Below, piece by piece: positions 27,726-40,200 of a stretch of DNA of 64,000 nt. Origin of the DNA: the human T2T-CHM13v2.0 reference genome, Homo sapiens; the NCBI RefSeq assembly GCF_009914755.1, contig NC_060926.1; one strand, given 5' to 3'. Below the pieces are notes generated by a model that searched no databases, was not told the DNA's origin, and was given only the letters and a program-made list of their open reading frames with translations. How positions within the stretch are numbered: position 1 is the stretch's first letter; each line of letters starts with the position of its first letter. Made by a program: the position numbers and the translations under genes.

Positions 27726-27777
27726 TGTTATTACCCCATAAAATAAAGATATATTTTATCTATGGCACTTCCATATA

Positions 27778-28138
27778 TAGATGGTCCCTGACTCACAAGG
27801 GCTTGACTTACGATTTTTTGACTTTATAATGGTGCAAAAATGCTACACATTCAATTGAAATTATACTCTGAGTACCCATACAGCCATTCTGTTTTTTACT
27901 TAAAGTATTCAATAACTTACATGAGGTATTCAACACTTTATTATAAAATAGAGTTTTTGTTAGATGACTTTGGCCAACTGTAGACTAATGTAAGTGTTCT
28001 GAGCACATTTAAGGTAGGCTGGGTTAAGCTATAATGTTCAGTAGGTTAGGTGTATTAAATGTATTTCTGACTTGACATTATTAACTTATAATGGATTTAT
28101 CAGGATGTAACTCAGACTTAAGTTGAAAAGCAACTCTA
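27778..28138. mobile_element. MER47A-like TcMar-Tigger MITE
   Basis: About 360 bp, degenerate TIRs, flanked by TA. Internal gtaggctgggttaagctataatgttcagtaggttagg. Confidence 0.85.
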
Positions 28139-28219
28139 TACTAACCCCAAATCACAATCAAAATAAAAAACTGAATCTGTTTTGATATGCCTTGCTTGTA
28201 GGGACTCATTCTAGTTTCT

Positions 28220-28485
28220 TCAGAAAGTCCTTTCTGATCCTACTAATTCAATCTCTTCCCTCTGATTCTCTATGACACGTTATTTAAAACACTTCTATAG
28301 CTTTAGGCTCATTGTGGCTTATACTATAGATATTTATATACTTGTCTAAACATCCCTACCATAATGCAAACCTTAAAAGGGCAAATACCATATTTTAATC
28401 ATCATGATGCCCATAAAATGATCTAACCCAGTTCTTATACAGAGCAGGCACTTTATAAATATTTATTGAAATGAATTGAATTAAA
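28220..28485 (+). mobile_element. L2 3' end
   Basis: Ends taaatatttattgaaatgaattgaa. Confidence 0.7.
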
Positions 28486-28879
28486 ATCAAAATGAATTGA
28501 GCACCACATTCTACAGCTTTTAAGCTTTACATTTGAGTGACTAACTGAATTGCGAGAGGTGTTATTATGAAATTAAGCAGAAATTAGTTTTATAACATTT
28601 TTTCATGCACAAATAACATAAAACTTTTAGAACATTATCTGGAAGTCATTGCAGTATATAATGTCTAATTTATTTCCACAAACATATGTTTGTTAAACAT
28701 TCACGATTTGAATTACGGCTTTGTTTCTTTGCTTTTTGCTAAATTGCCTTTTAAGTTTTGATAGTACTGATCAACAAAATAGCTGACAAACTTCTGAAAT
28801 ATTGGAATTGTCTTTTCTCTAATCTAGTTATGGTTTATAACTCAAAGGTGAGTACTGAGCATTTTAGTGTTTGTTTTGC

Positions 28880-29880
28880 ATTAATTTCATCAACCAAATC
28901 AAAAATGTTTGTTGAACATCTCATGAACTGTTCCAGGGATTGGGAATTTACTGAGAATGAGAATTAGTTATTCTCCTAGTCAAGCTGTTCCTAGGGTTGT
29001 AGGGGTACAGATGCAAAAGCAACAGGGCCATTGCTTAACAGCAAAAAGGAAGAACACCTTAATGAGCCTGCGGATGTCAGGAAAATCTTTCTGAAGGAGA
29101 TGACTTCTGAGTTATCCTAGATTTAGTAAGAATTAGTCAGGCCGAGGTCATGTTGGAGAAGGGAGGAGAGCTTTTGGGCAGAGGGTACAAGAGCAGCAAA
29201 TGCCTGGTTTATGAGTAGAATTAGATATTCAAAGTTGATGAATTATAAAATGCCTGGCAGAGAGAGCTTGGAAAAGTAGCTGGAGAAGTGGGGAGAAGCC
29301 ACATTAAAATGGGACCTGTAGGTCAGGTGGAGGAGCTTTGATGCTTGTCACTGAAGTGTGTCAAGCAGAAGAGTGCCATATTTAAGTGTTCATTTTAGCT
29401 GGAGTGTTCCCATGCCCAGAAAAGAGAAGATAATGGCCTGTGTTTGGGCAGCTGTACCAATGGTAGAGGGGAAGGCATAGATTGAGATAAAATAAATAGG
29501 GCTTGGTGGCTAATTGGCACAGAAGCACAAGGGTATGTAAAAGAATTAAGCTTCAGGCAGACTATAATTACTTCACTTGTAGATTTGTTAAAGGAATGAG
29601 TCATGGCTGGAACACTGGCTGGGACTCTCAGCACACAGGTTTAGACAAAACCAGAAACACAGAGAGCTCACCTAGGGAGAATATATAGAGTAAGATTAGC
29701 AGTGGGCCAAAAATGGCATCCTGATGAATATCATCAATTAGAGAACAGTATCAAAGAGAGAAGTCCTCCAAGGAGAGGGAAATTAATGTCAGAGATATAA
29801 AAGGAGCTTCATGATGATGTGGTATTATGAAAAACAAAGGGATAAGTGTTTCTAGAATGATCAAATAGTCGAGTGTTAGA
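28880..29880 (-). mobile_element. L2 fragment(s)
   Basis: aaatgtttgttgaacatctc end, then purine-rich antisense L2 body. Confidence 0.65.
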
Positions 29881-29917
29881 TATTTTTGGTATTGCAGGAG
29901 AATAAGAATCAAAAGAA

Positions 29918-30123
29918 CAGCTTGGGCAACATAGACCTCATCTCGACACAAAATAAATACATTTGCTAGGTGTGGTGGCTCGTGCCTGTAGTCCTAACTA
30001 CTTGGGAGGCTGAGGTGGGAAGATCACTTAAGCCCAGGAGTTCGAGGATGCAGAGTTATGATTGAGCCACTGCCCTCCAGCCTGGGTCACACAGTGAGAC
30101 CCCGCCTTAAAAAAAAAAAAAAA
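29918..30123 (+). mobile_element. 5'-truncated AluJ
   Basis: End of left arm plus right arm with J diagnostics. TSD aagaatcaaaagaa (29904-29917) / aaaaatcagaagaa (30119-30132). Confidence 0.9.
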
Positions 30124-30229
30124 TCAGAAGAAGAAAGACAAGGAGAAAGAAAAGAGGAGGAGGAAGAAGAGAGGGAGGAGATAAGGAGAAATTCCAATTT
30201 GAGTTTTTTTTCTTTTTCTGTGCGAGACA

Positions 30230-30540
30230 ATTCTGTAAAGTGCTTTATATGCATCACCCCAAACAACCTTATGAAACAAGTACTTTTACGATAAAATTTC
30301 ATGACATTTTAATTTGTATATTAATAAAGGGCAGTTGGCTTTCAGCCCCAGGAATTCCCAACTAGTCAGCTGTTCTGGCTCACTAGTTGTTCCATAAACT
30401 TCATAATAATAAAACTCCAGGGTGCCATGGTTGATTTTTTGGATGCCACTTACAGAGTTATGACAGCATTTGTTGCTTTACTCCCATTTTACAGATGAGA
30501 AAACTACAGAGACATTAGATGATTTGTGTTGGCACAGTCA
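30230..30540 (-). mobile_element. MIR split by an unidentified ~185-bp segment
   Basis: acaaccttatgaaacaagtac ... ctcccattttacagatgagaaaact. Confidence 0.6.
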
Positions 30541-32414
30541 TGAGAACATCAAAGGGGCATTATTTTGGCCAGAACCCACCTACCTCCACTTATCAACCAA
30601 CTCTAAATTAGCATATTAAAAGACACAGTGCTTGCTATTTAAATGTCGCTTCAAAAGCCCTTTTGCACAGATATTCTGAAATTGCCACTGGTCACAGTGA
30701 CTGTGTTAATTAGCATATAACAGTATCATGAACTTGAGAATACTTTACATTCCATAAATACCGAATTAATTATTCTTTAAAAATCCTACTTAATCTGATT
30801 CTCTTTCTAGTGCTGTGTATTCCCTAAATGCAAATGGGTAAGTTTTTCTTTTTGATTCCTCTTAGATTTTGTACTGAGAAATAGGAGAACTTCACAACAT
30901 CAGCATTAGAATTCCCCAGAAACTCTGTATCAGCTCAGCTTTCCTCCTAGGCAGAAAAAGGTGACCTATTTGTTAAGTCTATTGTTCATTTTTATACATG
31001 TTACACTAATTAACATTGAAAAAGCCCCACCTCCCTCCTTATAACCCTAATAAAAACTAGATATTAAAATAACATAGGTCATCTATAGTCAATGAGCAGC
31101 TTCAGGAGAAAAATTACGCCATTGATATCCAAGATATTTCAAAAGGGAAGATACGTTGAAGTTTCTATAAACTATCCACAATTTCAAATTAATAGTTCAA
31201 TAGTACTATAATGCTACAGTTTTGTAAGAAGCCTTATAAGCAAGCACATAAAAAGGACATATTCATATACTCAACTGCCCTTCATGAGATCAGATGTCAT
31301 GTCTTTTATACTAGACACACTTGGGTGGAAAATCCCTACCTTGGAAGTTTGTGGAGGAGGGAACACTTCACTATTTTTCATGTGACAATTTTATCTTCAC
31401 TATGAACTGACAGGGTAGATAAACTGACTATGGGGTTTTCTAGAGCATGCTTCTTTGAGAATAGGACTGATTCCCTGGAAATAATACCAAAGGAAGGAAT
31501 GTAAGAAATATTTTACAAAATTCCTATTTTAAAATTTTCAGTCTGTAGAAATTGTGCATGCAATATACTTAATAGTATTTCTATTAGAGAATGGAATAAG
31601 TGTGCTGCTTATTTCCTCAAGTAAGGAAAAAAGTTATAATTAGATGTCATCACTATCAATTTAATTAGTTTTTTTAAAAGGAGGTTGGTCCACCTCGCCT
31701 GTTGGAAGCAGACATCAGGTCATGCCATGGAACTTGGCCATGCTGAACCTTTGATTGTGTATGTTCCTCCCAAGAAGGGGGATTTCAACTGTCTGATCTT
31801 TGGAAACAAAAGAAACTCCATCAGAAAATCAGAGCAGTAATATCTGATTTGATATTATTTTCAGGGAAAAAAATAAAATGGTCTTTGTTGAAAAGCCTAC
31901 TGAATAATTTCTAGCATCTCTGAATTGTTCACTTTACATTTTTGTAAAGTGAGGTCTTTACATTCAGGTCTAGAATGCAAGAGGGACTATCATCTTTTCA
32001 CTGATGAAGATTCCTAAAACACCACAATCGATGCTCAAACCAAGCTTTGCACAAAGTGGCTTCTCTAGATTTGTAAACAAAATTTCCTCTTATAAGGAAA
32101 AAAAAAAAAAAAAGAACTTTCTCTAATGATAGATGACCCCTAAAGTTTATTGATATGTGGTTCAAGAAATAGATACTCATGTTATCTAAATGTAGATCGA
32201 GACATAGCTTGGGAGAATCTGGAATTTTCTCCAAAATGTCCAAGATTTCTTTCAGCATTTAAAGTAACAATAAAATGGCTTTTAATTGTTTTGAAAAATT
32301 TTAAATCTACATTTGTGAAGGTTTCTCCTTTTTTCAATGATCAGTTATATATTGTCTTAGTATTTAGAGCCTGCTATTTTCAATAAATTCAGGCCTAAAT
32401 ATGTCCTCTTAATT

Positions 32415-32650
32415 TGGTTCACTTCAATTCAGCACCTGCCAACTGACCATGGGCTATGATCTGGTATCTATGCTAGGAACAAGAGCATTGAGCCACTGGC
32501 CAGTCTTCCCCCAGTTTAGCACAAGAGAGAGAAAATTATGCTTACCCCATAACACAAGTTCTATTTGAAATAAAGTGCTTTTGGAGCATAGGAGAAGAGA
32601 CAAATATCTCTGCTTCTGTTTGACCTGGGCTTAAAATGATGAATAAGATT
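32415..32650 (-). mobile_element. L2 fragment
   Basis: Resembles antisense L2 3' end. Confidence 0.45.
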
Positions 32651-32689
32651 TGTATCCAATCCTTTGCCCATTCTTCTCCCACCATGCTT

Positions 32690-33715
32690 TCCCCTGTTCA
32701 TTCTCTTTGCAGCCAAATTCCATTTTATGAGTAAATGTCAGATTATGCTCTTTTTCTGCTTACATCCCTGATGATTTTCCTTTGCACTTAGAATAAGATC
32801 CAGTGTTTTCTCCGTGGCAGGCAAAGCCCTCCAGGATCTGGCTTTGGCCTTACCATCCTCATCTCCCCTTGCTTCTGACTCTGTTCTAGCCAGACTGGTC
32901 TTTTTGTTCCTCAAGGTTGAAGCCCAAATCCACAGACTCTGATATCTACTGTTCCCAATGTATAAAAAGCCTTTTCTCCCATCTTTTAATAGCTCATGCT
33001 TTTTCTTCATTCAACTATCAATATAAATATCACCTTTCCAGAGAGGCCTTCCTGAACCTCATTACTTAAAGCACTCTCTATAATATCACACTGTTTTATT
33101 TTCTTTATTTTGTTTTCTACTATTATCTTGTTAAAAGAAAAACCTTAGACGCATTAAATTTAACAGATGAATTGGGCAAGGAACAACAATTCATGAATTG
33201 GGCAACCCCCAAACCAGCATAAATTCAAACAGACTCCACGCTGCTGCGTGGTTGAAAATTTATGGGCAGAAAAAGGAAAGAGAAGTACAGAAAACAGAAG
33301 TGAGGTACAGAAGTGAAGTACAGAAACAGCCAGATTGGTTACAGCTTGACTTTTGCCTTATTTGATCATGGTTTGAATAGTTGGCTGCTTGTGATTGGCT
33401 GAAACTCAGTGATGGAAACAAGGTAGTTTACAGTCTGTTTACACATCTGGTAAGGTTACAGTTCACTATGTAAAGAGAAACTAGGCCAAATTTAAAATAT
33501 GTAAGGAGGCAGCTTTAGGCTAAATTTAATGTAACAATCTGAATATACTGCACTTCTTCTTTAATGGTCTGGGTTAGAACAGCCATCCTGAATGTCCATG
33601 GATTGCACCTGGGTGAGTGAAGGCGCCCTGTTTGTCCAGTTCACTACGGTACTGCCAGCTCAAGAACAGGGACTGGTACATCCTAGGAGCTCAGTAATCC
33701 TTGTCGAATGAATGA
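32690..33715 (+). mobile_element. L2a 3' portion interrupted by MER57 LTR
   Basis: cacctttccagagaggccttcctg, and ends ttgtcgaatgaatgag. Confidence 0.8.
33129..33536 (-). mobile_element. Solo LTR, MER57-like (ERV1)
   Basis: tgttaaaag...gtaaca termini. Perfect TSD atct (33125-33128, 33537-33540). Confidence 0.88.
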
Positions 33716-34877
33716 GTAATGATCACTACATTTTCAGATTCTTTGTCCGGGTTAAATAATAAATGAAGAATCTGGTTGAGTTTTATCTTTGTACAAGTGA
33801 ATATGCCAATTTATATTTCGGTGCAGTTTTATCAACTTAATGATCTGTTTTTAAAAGAAGGCCAAACCTAATATAAGAAAAGAAAAGATGCAGAAAGTGT
33901 TCATGGCATCTATTCCTTGGAGTCCTTAGCCAATGCTGTTAGCCTTTCCTGGCACTAAATTCACAAATGTAAGAAAAATTAAAAATAAATTACCTCTTCC
34001 CCTTTTTATGGTTTCAACAGTACCACTGTCTTTGAGTGTTCCCCAAAGAGGGTACATGGAGTCAGTTTGCACATAACTAGCAAGGTTGAAACACTATTTC
34101 TGTTTTGTTGCAATCTTTCCTTTATGAGAAGGCTAGCATTCCAATATTATTAAAAATGCAAACCAATAAGACATAAAATGGCTTGCTTATTGCTAACATT
34201 TATGCAAAACCACTTAAAATGTTAAAAATATTAATCTCCTACCCTATGTAGCAATTAATGCTGCACAGACGACGACAATTGTTTTTTTCCACTGGAAAAT
34301 CACCAGCAATCCACATTCTCCTCTTCTACTTAATTAACGCAACTATATATATCCTTCAAAGTCACAGGAAACTGGTGTAATTGCTTTTGTAAATTCAACT
34401 ATCTCCAATGAAGAGCAGATTGCTAAATTAAATGCAAGTAATTTGAAGCTTAAAAAATCAGAAATATAGACATTCTTGCCTCTGTATAGTGTGAGGTGAT
34501 ATAGAGGTCAGCGAAAGAAAGGAGAAAGCAAGAATTCCTGGATTTGCCTTTGATTCTCTGTTATTACGAACATTTTAAAGACCACTTTTCAAGCAGAAAT
34601 CATGTTATATAAAATAATTATAATCAGCCATAACATTGATGACAACATAGATGTGTGCTGAATTGATTTGGAATCAAAAATTGTGTGTGTATGTATGTGT
34701 AGAATAATCTTAGCAATTCTGAAAAGCAGAAGACAATAAGGATAGCAGAAACAAGGCTGAAAAGAAAATTCATATTTTTTACTTATTTAATTTCCTCTAG
34801 AGAAGATAAAAGAGAAGAAAATGGGGAAGGGAGAAAGGAGAGAGGTGGAAAGACAGAGATCAAAGATGAGATGTACA

Positions 34878-35500
34878 CAGAGGATCCTCATTATTTATGG
34901 ATTCTGTATTTGAAAATTTGCCTGTTCACTAATATTTATTTATATCCCCCAAATCAATACTTATGATGCATTCAAAGTCTTTGCAGATATGCACATGTGC
35001 AGAACAATGAAAAAGTTAAGTTGTCTGACACACGCATTCCCAGCTGAGGCCAAAGTGATGCCCTGCCTTCTTGTTCCAGCTCTCATACTGTCACCAAGTG
35101 TCCTATTCATTGTATATTTAGCGCTTCAGTTTTTGCACTTTTGTACTTTTTCTTGGTGATTTCTGTGTTTAAAATGACTCCCAAACATATTGCTGAAGTG
35201 GTGCATTGTGTTCTTAAGTGCAAGAAAGCTGTGATGTGTCTTACTGAGGAAGTATATGTGCTAGCTAAGCTTCATTCAGGCATGTTGGCTGTGAGTTAAA
35301 CATTAATAAATTGACAACATATGTTAAATAACATGGCTTTAAAGAGAAACACACATGGAACAAGGTTACACACTGATAGGGTGATGAAAATGTAACCAGA
35401 GACTTACAGGAACCTAACTCTATATGTCTCCTAAGAGCAATGATTCAGTATTTGCTAATTCCATTTTGCAGGGACTTTATAGAACATAACGACCTTATAC
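34878..35500. mobile_element. MER82-like TcMar-Tigger element
   Basis: Starts cagaggatcctcattattt. Internal caggaacctaactcta and gactttatagaacataac. Confidence 0.8.
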
Positions 35501-35507
35501 AATGGAA

Positions 35508-35550
35508 TGTGTGGGGTGTGTGTGTGTCTGTGTGTGTGTGTGTGTGTGTG
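35508..35550. repeat. (TG)n microsatellite
   Basis: Direct reading. Confidence 0.95.
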
Positions 35551-35789
35551 ATGCAAGGCAGAAAGAAAAAAGAGATAAAATGGGAGAGTTATCTCATGTC
35601 TTGATTAAGTGTGGATCACTTATCTAGAGGAAAGATTAAAGTGATCAAATAAGAAATAAAATGATTCGAAGAGCAAGTGGAAGTTAATTTAGAGTGGAAA
35701 AGGGGTCACAGAAGACAAGGACTAAGAAGAAACTTCAAGAGCTTAACTTTCCTTCGTTATGCAGATGAGGGATGTGGGAACTGGCATAA

Positions 35790-35985
35790 TGGTCAAAGCA
35801 AGGCTCTGGAGCCCAGTTCAAATGGTTCTCACCTTCTTAACTTCCCTGGGTCTCATTTCATCATCTCTAAAATGGGAAAAAATATATGTCACACAAGACT
35901 GTAGGGAGAATTAAATAAAAAAATAAATCAAAGATTATAGAGAGGTGTGTAGCATGTATTCAAGCACTAAATAAATAATTTGATT
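35790..35985 (+). mobile_element. MIR
   Basis: ggctctggagcc head and tcatctctaaaatggg core. Confidence 0.75.
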
Positions 35986-36067
35986 ATGATTAAATGGATA
36001 ACCAGACTTACATTTACTCAGAAACTTGCCAGTCCGCATGTCCCCTTATCCTCTGATTAGCGGGTTT

Positions 36068-36088
36068 TTGTTGTTGTTGTTGTTGTTG
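36068..36088. repeat. (TTG)n microsatellite
   Basis: Direct reading. Confidence 0.9.
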
Positions 36089-36678
36089 CATCATTCTGGG
36101 GCCCTGGAGGTACCAGTTGGGTTGACTCACTTCTAGATGCCATCATGATAGTTGGCATGGGAAAGCTTATATACCCAACATATGCCTTTGTAGCATGGAC
36201 TACGTAGTTGAAGAAAAATGCAAGCAGGTGGTTAAGAGAAAGATAGATAATTGCATCAGTTTTATTATAAAAGAAAATAATTTCCAAAGAACAGAAGTAA
36301 GAAATCATGCTGCCTTGTATCCATCCACTACCCAATCATCTGGGTTCATAAAATGGAATTGACTTTGATTCCCACTATGAAAATAAAGGAAACTCATGTA
36401 AGAGGGAGGAGGTTTTATTCATATCCCCCTTTTTAATGAAAAGAAAGAGAAATAACTGCATCTTGAAGTCTCAGTTTCTTCATGTCTAAATGAGAACAAT
36501 AATATATACTTTTAAAAATAATGTTAAAATCCTAGAATTCATTTATCTTAGAACATTCTACCAAATTTGGAAATGGAAGCCTAAAAGGTAAATTTTGTTA
36601 GGATTTAAGGTAATTTATTTGATCTCACTTTTCACTATTAAGAAAGCCATTGAATGAAATAAAATTACCGTGCATTAC

Positions 36679-37247
36679 TGTGATAGTTAATTTTGGATCA
36701 ACTTGAATGGGCCATGGGGTACCCAGATGTTTGGTTAAACATTATTCTGAGTGTAACTGTGAGAGTGTTTCTGGGTGAAAGTAACATTTGAACCAGTAGA
36801 CTGAGTAAAGCGCATTGCCCTCCCCAATGTGAGTGGGCTTCATCCAATCCACTGAAGCCCTGAATAGAAAAAAAGGACAGATTAAGGAGACTGTGCTTCT
36901 TCTCTGCCTGTCTTTGGGCTGAGACATTGGTCTTCTCTTGTTTTCAGATTTGGACTCGGATAAAAGTTTTACCATCAGCTCTCCTGCTTCTCAGGCCTTT
37001 AGACTTCATTTGGAACTACACAATCAGCACTCCTGTGTCTCAGACTTTCACGCTCAGACTGGAACTACATCATTTGATTGGCTGAGTCTCTTTCTTTCCA
37101 ACCATAGATCTTGGGACTCCACAGCCTCCACAGCCACACAAGCTAATTCATTACAACAAATCTCTCCCTCTCTCTGTCTCTTTCTCTCTATGTAGATAGA
37201 TCTCCTATTGGATCTATTTCTCTGGAGAACTCTGACTGGGTAATACA
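36679..37247 (+). mobile_element. Solo MLT2 (ERVL) LTR, MLT2B-like
   Basis: tgtgatagttaattttg...ctggagaactctgactgggtaataca. attac flanks both ends. Confidence 0.9.
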
Positions 37248-40200
37248 TTACCTTTTATATCACATCTTCACAGACCTACAGAGAAATTCTGTGCAATGTG
37301 TGATGAATAATAATAATAAACTATTATTTCACTTGTCAGAGGAAACAATTCAGGATACGTCTGCTATTTTAATACATTTAGCTGATCCTTTTTTTTATTA
37401 ACATGAGTGACTGGTACAGAGCTGGTAAATGAAATCTACAGATTGTATAACTTTGTAGTTCCAGATTAGAACAGATAACGTTGATGAACACTTCAAAGAA
37501 TTTTGCTTTTTGTCCCACTTCTCTCAAAGGGATTCTGGCAAAAGTTCATATTTTCATCTAGAGAAGCATACCATTTTAAAAACATATTTATCTTTAAACC
37601 CATTCCATTACCTGCCTACATTTGTATTAAGTACAAATTTTCATGCAGTTCTTGCTGTGTCCTGTGATATATCTCCCCATAACAGATTCATTGAAAACTG
37701 TGACTTTAAATTCAAAATCAAATAATGGTACATTTTTAGCCATTTCTACTGTCTTTGATACAGGTATATTTTTATGAATAGGACTTATACTTATTTCTTC
37801 ACAACTAAGAATAGTATTTGTTAGTGTCAATTTAAAGAAGTATTCCATCAAATAAAATAGTGTGGTTGCTGCTGTTTTTTCATTTTACAGTAGTGCAAAT
37901 TGGAACATATGATCATGAGAGGAGACAGGACTATACTTCAGTTAATTGTCCCAAGTGCATACTATTTATTATATATTTGAAGGCTAATGAACTCTGAGCT
38001 GTAAAAATTCACCTCATTGAATTTCAAGAATATTACAAATAGGTAAGGAAACTAAATAAATCAACAGATTTACTCAATCTAAATATTTATTTTTATCCAT
38101 TTCTAGAGTGAGATGAAAGCATTCCCCATCATCAGAGTGTAGGCTTAATGTATGAGAAGACCATTAAACTCCCATCACTTAAACATAATAACTGCCTCAT
38201 GTGTCTATATGATGTTTCCAAGCTATTTTTAAGCCATTTAAGCTTTTCAGTTTATACTAAACATCCACCCAGAGATTTCCTGTGAAATTTGGTGCAATAT
38301 TTTAAGTGATTGGCGCAACTTGATTTTAAATAAATTTTAGAGTAAAAGTAATTTCTAAAATACAACTTACATAATTTTCCTCAATGCATCACTGGCTCTG
38401 AATAGTGGCTTTCAAGTTTAAATCATTAAAAATCTTTTAGAATCCCCATGCAGCTATACTTTGTATAGATCTACTGTAAATTTTAAGGAGTTACTGGTAC
38501 AAAAATGACAAAATAACATGTAGTATACTTTCATATTTCTGGTTACCCAAAAAAATTTAGAAGAGCCAATATTTCACAAAATGTGTGGAAACAATAGTAA
38601 AGAAACAGAAAAATTTCAAATAAGAACTAAAATGATTTTTGTTTCCTGATAAAATGTTTGATCTGTGAAGAGTGCTATTGGCTAGAATAGTATTTTGTGA
38701 ATTAGTGTGTCCTGGGACCTGGAGGACTGTTACAGGGAACTTTGGAATTTCACCTGGAAGGAGCGGATGACAATTGGGAATGATTGGCTGACTCATCAAT
38801 GAAGACAGACAGCTGAGGTAGGATACAAAAGAGCTATTGATGGCTTTTGTCTATGTCAGACAGAAGCCTAAGGGAAGGGTGACTGCTCTCGCCTGGTGTC
38901 ATGGATGTCACATGATAGAAAGTTTTATGTTTGTTTCTGACATTAGGCAAACAAAAACCTTTTGAGGGCTGAATTAGGCTTTTGTTTTGAGCCTGCAAGC
39001 TGCTACTCATTCTTATTGATGAGTACTGATCTGATTTCAGCCTTTTCATTTTTATGGTGTTAACTGTGTGGGGAATGTGTGTAGAAGGCCGGACACAGGA
39101 CCACCGACCCCATCTCCCTTGAGTTCACATATCTTTTGGAATTTCCTTTTTTTTTCTTTTCTTTTTTTGTTTCGTTTCAGGAGGGGGGCTGTCTCAGGAG
39201 CTTCGCAATCTCTTTGCTTAAATGAACAATATGAGTTAGGCCTTCTGAAATCAGTTTAGCAAAAGACTCTTTTTTCTTTTCCCTCTGGAAAAGGATACAA
39301 CACTATCACCACAATTCAGCTTTGCTTGTCGGGGTCTGTGCAAATTGTGAGGAAAAGAGTGCTTTGAGGGAGACTTTCTATTCCCTTTGGTCCCTATGAT
39401 CTGTATACTCACTTAAGGTTCTGAGGTTCAATATATGATGACTTGGCAGGAAAAGATAAATCCATTTTTTAAACGCATGGTAAGGATTGCATTCTTGTTG
39501 AGGGAGTCATATATTGGAAAAACCGAAGTCATTTTTAAAGCCGTTGATTATGGCAGACTTTTAAATATATACATTCACTTTGAATTAAAAGAACCCAGAG
39601 AAATGAGAATAATTTCTGCTTTCTGTGGCCAGACTTTGAAGTGGAGAAATGTGGAAGTAAAAGCAAATAGCATAACCTGTTTTAATCAAAAGGAGTCTAG
39701 CAAGAAACAATCAATTAAAGAACAGTCTGATTCTCTGCGACATCAATGTATGAAAATCTGTTAGACGCCAGATTGTGTCTCAAGACACATATGATGAACT
39801 GAACAAAATGACCTGCTAATAGCTTTTACGGGTAATAAATGCATCATGTTATTGGTAATTCTGCAGATGGTAAATCAAGCTAATATCGAAGCTGAAACAA
39901 GCTACTTGTTAAATGTAGTTCAAAATGATTTTCTCTGTTATTCAAAAACTGTATTATGCTTAAAAGAAAGATGATTATGCCTTATATTTCTAAGCATCTT
40001 AAATGGATAAACATTCCCATTCTGCTATGGAGTCATTTTAATTTTTAAATCCTTTGGAGAGAGCATGCCTGAAATAAATCTAAGCTGAGAAACGCTATGT
40101 TTATTTAGATTATGAGCAGGAACTAAAATGTAAAACCTGTGCTGAAATTGAAGTGTGACTCTACTGCATACAATGCACATTAGATAATATTTCCAATCAG

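Noticed and set aside
30623-30705. V(D)J RSS heptamers (cacagtg)
   Set aside because: No nonamer at 12/23 spacing and no gene segments.
39435-39764. 109-aa ORF (also the 149-aa ORF at 41114-41563)
   Set aside because: Composition typical of random AT-rich DNA, no domain. The second runs into an MLT1 fragment.
39791-39896. C/D box snoRNA (ATGATGA...CTGA)
   Set aside because: No terminal stem, no recognisable rRNA antisense element and no host gene.
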